A DNA stretch of 64,000 bases, taken from NCBI RefSeq assembly GCF_001194135.2, contig NC_068985.1:73635128-73699127 (forward strand). Reading direction: 5' to 3'. Below the pieces are notes generated by a model. That model saw only the letters and a list, made by a program, of their open reading frames with translations, made no database searches and was not told where the DNA came from. A program made the translations under genes and the position numbers. The stretch comes from Octopus bimaculoides. Lineage: Eukaryota. Of the stretch, positions 37,872-50,480 are shown in pieces; the first letter of the stretch is position 1; the number at the start of each line of letters is the position of its first letter.

Positions 37872-37995
37872 TACATTATTTACATTATTTACATTGGACG
37901 GATATATGTTTCCTCCCCTTGTTTGTTATTACCACAACGTTTTGGCTGATTTACTCTCCGGCCTTCATCAGGTGCCCTGGTAGAATTTTGAACCC
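37872..37995 (-). ncRNA. Short repeat carrying a minimal hammerhead motif (core 37933-37974, G12A)
   Basis: CAC-CTGATGA-A-GGCCG.gagagtaaat.CAGCC-AAAAC-GT-T-GTG. Confidence 0.55.
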
Positions 37996-38032
37996 AAACC
38001 ACAGTTCTCATTCCTAAGGTAATTTTTGATGA

Positions 38033-38104
<72 letters not shown>

Positions 38105-38119
38105 CATCATCATTATTCA

Positions 38120-38200
38120 TTCAAGGCACTTCCTGCAATTGAACTCGCAATCTGGGTGTTCGTAGCCCACTCACTTAATCATTACACTATATGCCCGTGG
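38120..38200 (-). mobile_element. tRNA-like SINE head
   Basis: Reverse complement GGGCATATAGTGTAATGATTAAGTGAGTGGGCTACGAACACCCAGATTGCGAGTTCAATTGC has A-box and B-box-like segments. Confidence 0.5.
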
Positions 38201-38214
38201 GAGAACCTGGCGTC

Positions 38215-38326
38215 GGGTTCAAAGTTCTGCCAAGGCACCTGATGCAGACTATACAGTAAACAGCCGAAACGCTATGGCAACGACAAACAAGATAAGGACA
38301 CATATCCGTCCAATGTAAATAATGTA
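38215..38326 (+). ncRNA. Inverted homologue of 37872-37995 with hammerhead motif (core 38236-38276, A9C)
   Basis: CAC-CTGATGC-A-GACT...CAGCC-GAAAC-GCT-ATG, followed by the shared ATCCGTCCAATGTAAATAATGTA. Confidence 0.5.
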
Positions 38327-39017
38327 CCTTAATAACAACTGCTGGTGGCAGAGGTGCNNNNNNNNNNNNNNNNNNNNNNNNNNNNNNNNNNNNNNNNNNN
38401 NNNNNNNNNNNNNNNNNNNNNNNNNNNNNNNNNNNNNNNNNNNNNNNNNNNNNNNNNNNNNNNNNNNNNNNNNNNNNNNNNNNNNNNNNNNNNNNNNNNN
38501 NNNNNNNNNNNNNNNNNNNNNNNNNNNNNNNNNNNNNNNNNNNNNNNNNNNNNNNNNNNNNNNNNNNNNNNNNNNNNNNNNNNNNNNNNNNNNNNNNNNN
38601 NNNNNNNNNNNNNNNNNNNNNNNNNNNNNNNNNNNNNNNNNNNNNNNNNNNNNNNNNNNNNNNNNNNNNNNNNNNNNNNNNNNNNNNNNNNNNNNNNNNN
38701 NNNNNNNNNNNNNNNNNNNNNNNNNNNNNNNNNNNNNNNNNNNNNNNNNNNNNNNNNNNNNNNNNNNNNNNNNNNNNNNNNNNNNNNNNNNNNNNNNNNN
38801 NNNNNNNNNNNNNNNNNNNNNNNNNNNNNNNNNNNNNNNNNNNNNNNNNNNNNNNACATAATTGAAAAATTTAGTCAACAAAAAGGAGTACAGCTGGGTA
38901 TTTATTTTCAGTCACTATAAATGTTTCTACGCAACGTAATCCTCCGGTCGTGCAGGTACTTGATTACGGGACTGTTTCCCTGCATTATGACATCTAGTTG
39001 TGTTTCCTTGAGCGGTA

Positions 39018-40100
39018 TGTAAATATTGTCTGGACGTCAAGTGCATCTAATCTGTCTGTTGTGCCCTAAAGTAAGTAGCAGACTCTGAGTATCAAGGTGC
39101 GTTGCTGCTGAAGCACCGTTGCTGCTGAAGCACCGTTGCTGCTGAAGCACCGTTGGCATGTTGCTTTGAATATGTAGATGTAGTGGCGTGGTGATTCTGT
39201 TACTGTTAAAGTGGTTGCCGTTTTAAATAGATTAACATTTGATTTCTTTGTACTGTTTAATTATTCTTCATGGTTGGTTACACATGCAATTCTCCTTTAA
39301 AAATCGGTCAATACGTACGCATACATGGTCGTTCACATATATATATCCATATACATACTAACGGTCGGACACATACACATACATACACACACACGCACAT
39401 ATATTCACGCACACATATGCGTATATTTACGCGCACTCACATACATACATACATACAAATATATGTAAATATATTGTTGTGGAAGGATTCCGACCACCCC
39501 CAAGTGACCAAAGTTCAACTATCTTATTGTTATAAAACAAAGAACTGTGAGCGATTAGCAGTTCACGTTGGTAGCAGTTCACGGCGACCCTTTGTTATAG
39601 AGCGTTGAGTCTCGTATAATAGTAAGTGTAGTGCGTCATGTATATAGTTTCTTTACCCTTGTTTCGTTATATTATGTGTCCAAAACACGGATACAAAAGT
39701 GGCGACGAGTTGTTGGAAGCTTGCTTTGGGCGTTTAATCTTTTTTTCGTACGAAACTAAAGAAAACATCCTTTTAACATGGAAGACCTATCGGCCTCCGT
39801 GGTGCAGTTACAACAAGAACAACAAAACCAACAGTCGTTGAAGTTGAAGAAGTCTGAAAATAATTCAGGTCTGTACTCGTCAGACAGCGTAGCAAGCTCA
39901 ATTGAGGGATTCAGATATAATCCAGAAGAAAGTACCTTATCTGCATATTTTCGTAGATACGAAGGAATCTTCAAAGAAGAGTGTAAAAGTTGATCCGACG
40001 AGTAAAAAGTACGACTACTTTTAAGAAAGTTATCCCTTGCCGAGCTTGAAAAATATAGTAATTATATTCTGACGAAGAAGCGAGGTGATATTTGTTTCGA
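39018..40100 (+). mobile_element. Ty3/gypsy 5' LTR, PBS and gag start, truncated
   Basis: LTR ends CA at 39695, PBS-like TGGCGACGAG at 39700-39709, then SIEGFRYNPEESTLSAYFRRYEGIF and KVRLLLRKL..ELEKYSNYIL. LTR start (TGT at 39018) is uncertain. Contains a 17-bp repeat x3 at 39100-39150. Confidence 0.85.
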
Positions 40101-40418
40101 TATATATATATATGTATATATACACTGAAGGGGAGAAGTGGAAATAGAGAAGGTCTACAGCATTCTGTATTTTTGTTAAAAACGCGAGTACAAGGCAAAA
40201 TGTTTACCGAATGAAACAATGTCACCCAGATATATAAATTCATGAATTAAAATTTATATCGACAGCTCAATCTTAGTTTGCAAATAGCTGCGAATGGTAG
40301 ATCTTTAACAAGTTCCGGAGCAAATGATGTTGCCATACAAGGCACCGCCCTAATCATTTATTTTTGTTATTAGGGTTACATGGTTAGTGTTGTTGTGAGA
40401 GAAGAGAGGTACATGTTT

Positions 40419-40507
<89 letters not shown>

Positions 40508-40532
40508 TATGTGTATGTATGTATATATATGT

Positions 40533-40572
<40 letters not shown>

Positions 40573-41274
40573 GCGTCTGTGTGTATATATATGTGTATGT
40601 CTGTGTTTGTGAGTGTGAATAAGTTTTATTTCCTTAATTACACATAAAATCTGTGTAACATATTCAAAGAATGCAAATTAGCAAAACCTTCTAAATCTAT
40701 TTCTATTAGATTTTAAAATAAAATAATGGTTAAATGGCAGAATTTCATAAGAATTTTTTTGAACTGTTTTGCTTTTGATTATTACATACAGACAATGTTT
40801 TCCGATATGTTGATTTACACTGTGCAAGGTGTACAAGTCGCGCTAGTTAGATCTTATTTGTTTGAAGCTACGGATGCTTACAATAGGAATGACAAAGTTA
40901 TGTGCGCGAAAATGTTAGATACTGATGTCATCTCGATTATAATACATGCGCATACAAAAACACCCAGCTCACACAAATTTGTGCTTAGTTATATGAAATA
41001 TAGGTTTTAGACTCATAGCTACAAGGGAAGACGTTAACATTTGCGCGTTAGATATGGTTGAGGTGTATACGGGCCATCTTAAAATTCCACTGATAACCAG
41101 TGATCAACAGAACTATATTCAATAATATAATAAGGAATAACTATTGCAGTAAGCAAATGTCAAGACATGTTGTAAATCCTTATCAAAATACTTCAATACA
41201 TGTTATTCTGGTTTAAAAAACGAATGTTAAAATCAGAAAAAAAATGATTAAAGAAAGGGAAATGCATCTTCGGG

Positions 41275-41700
41275 ATTGCCATCTGGTATGACGTTTTCTT
41301 CCCAACCACACAATTTCGGATTCAGTTTCATTGCACCTTGGGCAAGTGTCTTCTACTATAGCCTCGCGCCTTGTGGGTGGATTAGATAGACAAACTGAAA
41401 CTCACCGTATATATATATGTAAATATATATATATATATANNNNNNNNNNNNNNNNNNNNNNNNNNNNNNNNNNNNNNNNNNNNNNNNNNNNNNNNNNNNN
41501 NNNNNNNNNNNNNNNNNNNNNNNNNNNNNNNNNNNNNNNNNNNNNNNNNNNNNNNNNNNNNNNNNNNNNNNNNNNNNNNNNNNNNNNNNNNNNNNNNNNN
41601 NNNNNNNNNNNNNNNNNNNNNNNNNNNNNNNNNNNNNNNNNNNNNNNNNNNNNNNNNCAATACTGGGCTCGATTCATTCGACTGAAAATTCCCCAACACA
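41275..41700 (+). mobile_element. SINE family A, gapped in its central microsatellite
   Basis: CACCTTGGGCAAGTGTCTTCTACTATAGCCTCGCG...AAACTGAAA; after the gap TACTGGGCTCGATTCATTCGACT. Confidence 0.7.
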
Positions 41701-41705
41701 GCTTC

Positions 41706-42460
41706 AGTCTATCTATTGAAACAAGTGATACGTATTAGCGACAAATGAAGTATTAATACCGAAAGATAATATTCATTCCCACTTAATCTTCTATGTTCTG
41801 TAACAACTAGATTTACTGCGGTACATACCATGAGAGAAACTCTCATATAGGAACTTGGTGCAGAATGAACACTTGTTTCTATCGCTAGCGGGATATGAAT
41901 CCTCTTCAACACAAGCGCTGAGATCACAAGATCACGTGATTTCGACCCTCCTTGGTCTCATTGGTGATGGACGCTCGAATGCTAAAGAAGTAGTGACTCA
42001 TTTTTCCATTAGCAATATGTAGAAAATAAGTGCCCGAACAGGCTCTAGTGTTGCGATTAATCCGTGGACATGGTAAAGAATATATATTAGCGATAGATGC
42101 ATTATTACTACCGAACAAGGTCTGAGTCTATCGATTGAAACAAGTGATACGTATTAGCAATAGATGAAGTATTAATGCCGAGAGGCCTTCCCACTTAAAC
42201 GTGAATGTTCGGTTTGAACAAACCTTAGTGCGGTATACACTGTGAGAAACTCTCGCATAAGCTTTTGGTACAGAATGCAGGCTTGTTTATGTCACTAGCG
42301 GGGAGATACGTCCCCACCAACTCCAGCGGTAAACCACAGAACCACGTGATTGCCTTGGGTTTATCAGCGATAGGCGCTCGATTGCTAGAGATAACGATTC
42401 ATCTTCCTACTAGCGATATATATTCTACACCAAAAGCCTACATGGCAGTTTCTCTCGTGG
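41706..42460. mobile_element. Diverged ~420-bp tandem repeat built on the same MITE family as 26198-26531
   Basis: GTCTATC.ATTGAAACAAGTGATACGTATTAGC at 41706 and 42125; left TIR TA|CCATGAGAGAAACTCTCATA at 41828 (degenerate copy near 42238); right TIR CTCTCGTGG|TA at 42460. Confidence 0.65.
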
Positions 42461-42689
42461 TAGCTATCACAGTAATGCCTGTTCTAACAGACCATCGAAG
42501 GACTTCTACAGTTATATTTATTCTGTTTGGAGGAAATAGCAACCTATTAAATCTACATTCTATCCTATTAAGCCACGTGTCTTTTGAAATAATACAACCT
42601 TTAGAACACACGAAAGGACAGCCTGGTGCTGTTAGAGCGGCTTTGGTCATATGTATATTACAGGGATGTTGTAAAGGAGATGGAGAAAG

Positions 42690-43025
42690 GAGACATCCTT
42701 CAGTCACGAATGACCATGGGATTGCACCTAGAAAGTTACCCTCCAAGGCACAAGTTCAGGGAAGGTTGTTTATGGAAGACCAGCAGTTGCTCATGCATAC
42801 CAGCTTCCTTTCTCCACGCCACCAGTGTTATCCAATGGAAAGGCAAAGGCCGATACAGCTTGACATCAGTGACGTCGCAAATCATTTCTACAGCTGAGTT
42901 AACTGGAGCAACGCGAAATAAAGTGTCTTGCTTAAGAACACAACACGCAACCCGGTCCGGGATTCGAACTCACAACCTCACGGTCGTAAGATCGACTCTC
43001 TAACCACTGAGCCACGCGCTTTCAC
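42690..43025 (-). mobile_element. SINE family B, near complete
   Basis: Head GTGAAAGCGCGTGGCTCAGTGGTTAGAGAG...GAGTTCGAATCCC, core TTAAGCAAGACACTTTATTTC; matches 20390-20578. Confidence 0.85.
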
Positions 43026-43355
43026 TAGATGTAGAACACTAGTTATAACATTAAGGTTAGCTTTACATAAGTATGGAATTATACAATTTAATTATCCCTC
43101 TTCTAAATTTGCACCTTACTCTCTATAGAAAATGACACCGATAATAATATTATAATGCACTTTGTTCTAGATTCATTTTGTTTGTATGTTAAATGTCATT
43201 CTCAATGTAATGGGAATTGTTATGGGAATTGATATGCCTGTAGGTAGACATTTCAAATGTTGCTAAAACAATGCCTTATCTTTTCAGTAAGTAAAAGTAA
43301 ATACATGAACGAATATTGTTCATACATACATACATAGATGTATATGTATGTATGT

Positions 43356-43416
<61 letters not shown>

Positions 43417-44314
43417 ATATAACAAGATTCAGTTGAATACTGTACTTAATGTTGAGGCACCTGGTTAATTCGGAATAAGATGCACACACTACAATTGTAG
43501 ATGAATACCAAACTTGGTAACGAAGTACTAGCAGAATGATATTAGGGTAACGTATGCCGTTAACTGGACCCAACGGAGTATATAGTCCGCCCATGACTTA
43601 TTCAGACATGTACATTTTAATTAAGTAAACAGTCCGTAATATACTTTGGAATATGTGATGGGCATGTTCCAACATAGGTGAATTACAAATAAATAAGTGA
43701 TAATTGATGGACAGGTGTCCATCAACTGTTACTTATAGATAGGTTCCAGAGATTCACGGTATAGAAGGCACTTAGTAAAGCTCAAATGATTCAAAGTTAG
43801 ATGCTGATATCTTGCTGGGGAAAGGCTATAAAAGAGAACAAGTTAACCGGGTATAGTGGCAATTTTGCGGATAAACAGATTAGACACATGAAATATATTA
43901 AATATATTAAACATCAATTACAAAGTATGTACATATAAATTCATGCAAAACAAGAGGAAGCAAAGAGGTGGAAACTTTCAGATGATAATTTTTTATGTAA
44001 ACTATATAGGTATTTATATTAATAGTTCTAACTTACAAGGATTAGGACAAACAAAAATAAAATAGGTGGAAGAAAGGTGTTATAAGTCCAACAGCTATTT
44101 CCAGGGGCTCGGTGATACATAATAATTTTGGTAGATTTAGCATACCACAAAATGATGCCGTATGGATGCAATTAACATTGGATGTTCTATTGTTTCCTGG
44201 ATATCAAACTATTTTACGTAACATATATTACATTAACGTCAATATCAAGATGTTAAAATACACATATACACAAAAACACACATTTATATACAACTACACA
44301 CCCACATACATTAG

Positions 44315-44470
44315 TTTCAAATTTTGGCACAAGTCAGCAATTCCAGGACAGGAGTGAGTTGATTACATCGACTTCAGTGTTCAACTAGTACTTATTTTAT
44401 TGACCCTGAAAGTACGAAAGGCAAGTTTGACATCGTCGGAATCTGAACTCAGAACGTCACGACGGACGGA
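44315..44470 (-). mobile_element. SINE family C fragment
   Basis: TACATCGACTTCAGTGTTCAACTAGTACTTATTTTATTGACCCTGAAAG...GAACTCAGAACGT. Confidence 0.7.
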
Positions 44471-46484
44471 GGATTAAGTCAGCTTGTTACCTTACACACA
44501 CAATTACTTTTAGAAACATAAGCTATAGTTCATATATAATATTCATATTAAATAGACCTAATTTAGTCCAAGCAAATGCTTAATTTTGCACACATTGAGT
44601 TTTCTTTTGTTATGTAAAGGATATATTGTTTACTATGTCTGATTCACTAAAGATTTACCCTTGCAATTTCATTGATCTCAGTAACTAGAATGTCGGTTGT
44701 TAAATTAAAAGAAATATCCAATTATTTAATAAAACATCTAGCTTGCCATGCAACATTAAATGTAACTCCAAGTCATACTGAAATAATATTCATGAGAAGG
44801 TTTCATTTCAAACTCAGTATATAGATGCTGTGTTAATTGGTTTTGACCTCAAGGCAATTTAAAGAAAGAATTATCAGATTTATGATTGTATATTTCGCAA
44901 TTGACTCTTAAATATAGATTCTTTTAAAATGTCATCCATATGAATTTTCTGAAAATTCACCCGCTAGGATTTACAAATGCATTGTCAGCTCTCTTAAGAG
45001 ACATATCTAATCAAAATGAAACAGCTGTTAAAGAAATATATATATATTCATCCTTTAACTATCCAAACGTTTCAGTACACTTGGTCATTCATTGTATTTT
45101 TCTCCTTTTAAATTTCAAATTTTTAAACTCGTTTTCCCGAGAATGTTCGCACCTTGCATATTCTTTGCTTTTAACTCATCAATCATATTAGATTGCAAAG
45201 CAGAATTACGTTCTCTTCTTTAAATCACTGCCAATAAATCTTGCACCAATTAAAGTTGTTGAAGTTAGCGCAAGTTTACAATCAATGCATTGTCTTAAAA
45301 ATATTTCCTTACTGAGGATTCACAAAAATACTTATCACTGACAATCAAGTTAAATTTGATTTACAATATTTTCTCATTTTCTTTATCTATCGTGGATTTC
45401 TTTTAAAATTTTGAAACGTTAAACATGTAAGTAACAGTCGAGTATTACTTTTTATGTTTATGCTTATTCTCATGCACTTTCTATATATCTAAATAAGTAA
45501 CAAAATAGTCTATCTGCATTAAAAAAAATCTATTTTATTTTCTACTTAGCGTTAACTTTAATGAGTTTTCATCTAATGTTATAGCAAACCAAAGCTTTCT
45601 TTTTTTATTTTCAAGAGATTTTTGGTGTCTTGACATATAAATAGTTAAATTCATTAACCCTCATGCCGAAAAAAAAAACAGTTTAACATAATAATCTATT
45701 AAAATAGAGACCCAATCTGAATTTATTGTCTTTGTATTCTTTCTCTTATGCTCATATTACATAATGTCGAAAAAATATGTTATCGACATATTTGCATAAA
45801 AAAAATGTATTTGTATAAAATGCGTTACGAACAAAGCATTCTAAAGGAAGAGTATATCAATTATTTTTAGAAACAAAAAATATTAGATAAGCTCCATTGC
45901 TATAAATAAAATAAAATTAGCTTAAAACTAATACTGTCAAGGTGTTAAGTGAAACAGAGTGCCTTCAAATGTGAACTTAGTTGAAAAGGCATAATTGAAA
46001 AATAACATAACATTGCAAAGGGCCAAATTTCTCAGTCGTACTGCTGAAGCATTATCATTGTTAACTTGTTAAAATGAAAATGTGTTGATGGTGTCACATT
46101 TTAAATTAGATTTTGAAAATTTATGCATCACGTGTGACCCGTCTAGTCATCATGTAACCTATTCGCCTTCCATTCATCCATCTGCCTAAAATAATCTAGC
46201 CGAGTGAACAAGGAAATCCTAAAACTAATCGTCTTGTGACATTTCTCCCCTTCTTTTTCTCAACCAGTATATTAAAACTGAGGTCAGTCATTCATCCTGT
46301 CGGTGATTTCTCATCCAATTCTGTAATCTCATTCTAATACTACTAGTCTTAATATCCTCACTCTGCGAAGATTATCTAACTTTTCTGCACACTCCTTCTT
46401 TTTGCAAACTGATACTGTTCTAATTCAAATTTCTTTTTCTCACTTACACTTTCACTTCCTATTTGCCTACAAACCTCTCCCTTG

Positions 46485-46930
46485 TATCTGTTAAGCTTCC
46501 ATTACTCCAAATGTTTCACGCATTCATAGACATTGGTTTTCTCTCAGAGAAAATGGTAGCAACTCATCCTGGAATCGGTTCCTTCTAAATGTTGATGCAA
46601 TTTACAAACAAGTAACTCTGAATACTCTAAGACAAAAATTTCATCATAGTGTTCCTGCCGGAATAGACCCTAAAATACTACCAGCCTTAACAGAGCAATT
46701 GACATTTGATGTCTTTGGTGAAGTCCACTTTATTGTAAGCGGTTGGGTCCTAATCTCTAGTTTATACAGAACAATATGAAAACGGGATGCTTTAATCGCT
46801 TCAGACAATAATGTGTAATCAGATTACACTGATTGCCCGGGAGTAACTTTGAAGGAAATCTTGCCACTGAAGTCGCTCAAGCAAACGCTTCAGTTGCTCA
46901 AGCATGTGAATAAGGATCAGGCTTTCACTT
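46485..46930 (+). pseudogene. Decayed Ty3/gypsy-type gag
   Basis: VKLP (frameshift) ...HWFSLRE...TLRQKFHHSV...KRDALI resembles the gag pattern VKLPPFW..P.LWF...TKFHYVV...LK.ALI; internal stops; not in the ORF track. Confidence 0.45.
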
Positions 46931-49344
46931 CAAATTGATTTCAGTGTGAATGGTTTATGAAATTTGAAAACTCTTAAGCATACGAATTGTCATTGTAGTT
47001 TGATCACAGCTGTTCTATAATTCTCAGAGAGTTCGTGAATTAATTAGCTGTAATCAAATGTATTTGTTGATTCAGTTATATGTTGTTCATAGGAGTGATA
47101 AAGAATAAGCACTCGATCTGAATGGAATAAATGCTGTTCCATGTCACTCAAAGGACCTTTATAGTTGCTGGATTCCTTATAACTAGCAGAAAGATTATTT
47201 TCAAATCGTACCCTTCTCTCTTAAATGTGGTGAATAAACTAGTTGATGTAAATATGACGATAAAATTTGAGTAAATAAACCAGCGTGGTAACCGCGTGGA
47301 TGGCTGATGAAACAAGAAGTATTCTTCACACTGTTCGATAGAGCGATACACTCAAACAAGGAAGTATAGTTTCTCCATCAATCGTTCCCTTATAACAATA
47401 TATAAAATGATTTTTGAAAAGTAGAATAGTCAATCTATGGTAATTTCGTTTTGTAATAACATCAAAGTTCATGAAATACAGTCCAAATTTCTCGTTGCGG
47501 CAACATTCTTCTGCCCGATAAAAAATCTTTATTTATCTTTCACTGATCCATGTGCCAGAAACACCGATTTGAAGTTATTCAAGCTCAAACTTTCGCTTCC
47601 ATATTGCTTACTTTTCGATCAGGGCTTTTTTCCTCTTTTCAAAATTTTATATTTCAGAGATGTACCGTCACTCAAATCATACTTATATTTCTCAGTACCA
47701 AACTTTTAATGCTTGAAGCTTCAATGTTCATTTCAAAGCCAATTACAATAACCAACGTAGTTTCTTGGTTTCTCTACTACATGTATAATCTGCCCATCTA
47801 AAAAGAATCCTGTACTTCATGGTTGCAAGAGGCTTACGGAATAGAATATTTTTCTCGTAGTCAAAAATGAATGGTGAGAATGAGACATTACTCAGAAAGA
47901 ATAAGGCTAGATTACAAACCAGTGAGTCTTTATTTTAATTCAATGATGACTATATCCATGAGGAATTAGATTTAGGAGTAACGCTTTCAACAGACAACCA
48001 CGCTCATTCACACACGCGCGTTCACAGAGAAAGATGGAGAGTGAGATTGGAGATGGAGAGAGAGAGAGAGAAGGAGAGAGAGAAGGAGAGAGAGAAGGAG
48101 AGAGAGAAGGAGAGAGAGAGAGAGAGAGAGAGATTAAAGGAGATAGAAGGCTAGATTCATAGATCGATGCATACACAGAAACATTCCCGTATAATACCAA
48201 TTGTGGCTGCTCCACATTTAAGAAAGTGAGGTGGAAATGAAGATTTAGTTGACATTGTCTACATGATTAAATGATCTCATCAAGGCTCATTCGTCGGCTC
48301 ACATAAACAATTTTTGTTATAGAGTTGACTGTAATAGGAATATTTTTTTAAAAGTCATGATTTTCAGCCCGAATGTCTCAAGACGTTCTTTTAATAAAAA
48401 TGTTATTATCCCCTATCGAAAATATATATCACTTTACGAAGAAGATATTGCAAAGAAATATTCGGGAGAAGGAATGATCTATTAAGTAGCCAGCACTGTC
48501 TTCTCGTTATGACCCGGTCAGAAGGAGGAAAACTAAATTGGACTTCAACAAAATCTGAACTCAGAACGTAAAGGGGGGAATTACTTAATATAGCATACTA
48601 TATTCTAACAATAGCTGAGTGCTTCTGATAATCCACTCGCTTGATTTCCCTATAGAAAAGTGAGTTATATTTTGAACAAAGGATATAAGCGAAATTCAAT
48701 AAAACATAACTGCTGCTTTCTCCACCAATCTAGCCATTCATCACTCTAATATTTACATTAATACTAAAGACAGCATTTTATTTAATTTCGGAGTCATACT
48801 TTTCTTTTGGGAGTCGACTCGATGTGAGAGTGTGTTGCAAATGAAGCAATTATGTTATAAATGAGAGAGTTTTTAAGAATGCAAAAAAAAAAAAACGTTA
48901 TATTTATTTTTCAACTATTTCTTGAATTATCAATATATTAATAAAATTTAATAATAATTTAATAAAATCGGACGCTTATAACAGTTATGTTGCAAGTATA
49001 AAGTATAAAATTGCATACCGTGGAAAATTTGTGAAATTTCAAACTGTATTTAAGATACTTCGTTAACGTTTAATTATCTATTATAGACCAGGGTGCATTT
49101 ACTGTCCTTTGCATATTATGTAACTGTTTGTATATTAACAAATAGAAGATAGTGTAGTAAAAGAAAACTTAAAAACAAATCTAGCGACATTTTTTGTTTC
49201 TAAAATGTGTATAATTATTGAGCTACATAGTTTTAACTCCAGCATCAGAAATGTGTATCACCCTGAGAGACAAAGGCATGTCTGATTCAACCACATATGA
49301 TCTCTCTTTTAAGAAGTAATACTAGCGGATAGTTATCTAGTGTT

Positions 49345-49500
49345 ATTTTGCGCCCCTCTACGTCCTGAGTTCAAATGCCGCCTCTGTCGACTTTGCCTTT
49401 CTTCTTATTGGAGTCGACAAAATAAGTAACAGTTGTGCACTGGGATGAATGTGATTGACTTAGCTTCACCCTCAAAATTGCTGGCCTTGCGCTAACATTT
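49345..49500 (+). mobile_element. SINE family C fragment
   Basis: ACGTCCTGAGTTCAAATGCCGCCTCTGTCGACTTTGCCTTTC...GGAGTCGACAAAATAAGTAAC. Confidence 0.7.
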
Positions 49501-49599
49501 GAAGCAATTACTATTATTATAGTTGTCGTTGCTGTTTTTGCTGTTATTGTTGTTGCTATTGTTGTTGTTACTTTAGTAAATGCTAATTTATCAGCAGAT

Positions 49600-50480
49600 A
49601 TTTTAACATGATGTTTGGTGAAAACATTCTCAAACCCCAAACATCTTCCTTAGTATTCTTAGAGTACGTAACATGGTACTTTTCACCTGGTTGGCAATCC
49701 GAGTTTCAATCCTAGTCTCTTTCAGTATTTTACGTAGCATTTGGGGTGTTGTGCGAAGTGCACCAGTTATTAGAGGAATGGTTGTTGTCATCGTCGTCAC
49801 TATCCTTAGCTCTCTGGCTAGAACCTGATATTTCTGAAGTTATTCAATTTCTTTGGTATCGACTCTGTCATCATAGGTAATTGCAAAATCAATCATGTTA
49901 CGTTGTCTGTTTTGTATTCTAGGATCATTTCTTCTCCTCTTGCTTCGGTAGTATGATCAGTCTTTACGGGAAAATACAACATGATCTCATTGTCATTTTC
50001 TATTGCAAATTCTAATTCCTGTGTACACAATTTTCTGTTGTTTTTAATTCGCACATTCGTCTAGTACCGCAAAGCACTATTTTGCTTCCACAGTCATGCA
50101 TGCACTTATACTCCTTTTGTATTAGAATACTGCACTCGCTCAAAAGGTAGTCACTACTTTCGTTGCCTTTTCTGCAGATTATACGTATGCTGAGTTTTCA
50201 ATTTTACGCCCGTCAACCAGAGCCAGCAATCTTTTCTTCCAGATTCTGTGGTTTCTTGCATGAATTGTCCATGTGGTTCAGTTTCTTTCCATTTGCTTGT
50301 ACTATTGATCTTCCTCTTCTCTTTAAATTCTCCAAATGTTTCGGCCACTTTTTGGTGTCTCTGGTTACAGATAATATTCTTCTTTACAGAGTCAGTCTCT
50401 CAGTATTACCAATGTCTTCAGTATTTAGTAATTCCTCCTTCCCTTCTTTGTAGTTATAATCAATCGACATTTGTTTCTCG
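49600..50480 (-). mobile_element. R4/Dong-like LINE 3' fragment
   Basis: KWKETEPHGQF..WLWLTGVKLK; IDFAITYD..KEIE.LQKYQVLAREL; IPLITGAL; LRILRKMFGV-stop; followed by an AAC/AAT-rich tract. Confidence 0.85.

Noticed and set aside
42960-43025. tRNA gene (also 20500-20578 and 38120-38200)
   Set aside because: tRNA-like A and B boxes continue into SINE bodies; no complete cloverleaf.
42265-43128. 210-aa and 125-aa ORFs as genes
   Set aside because: They run through MITE and SINE sequence.
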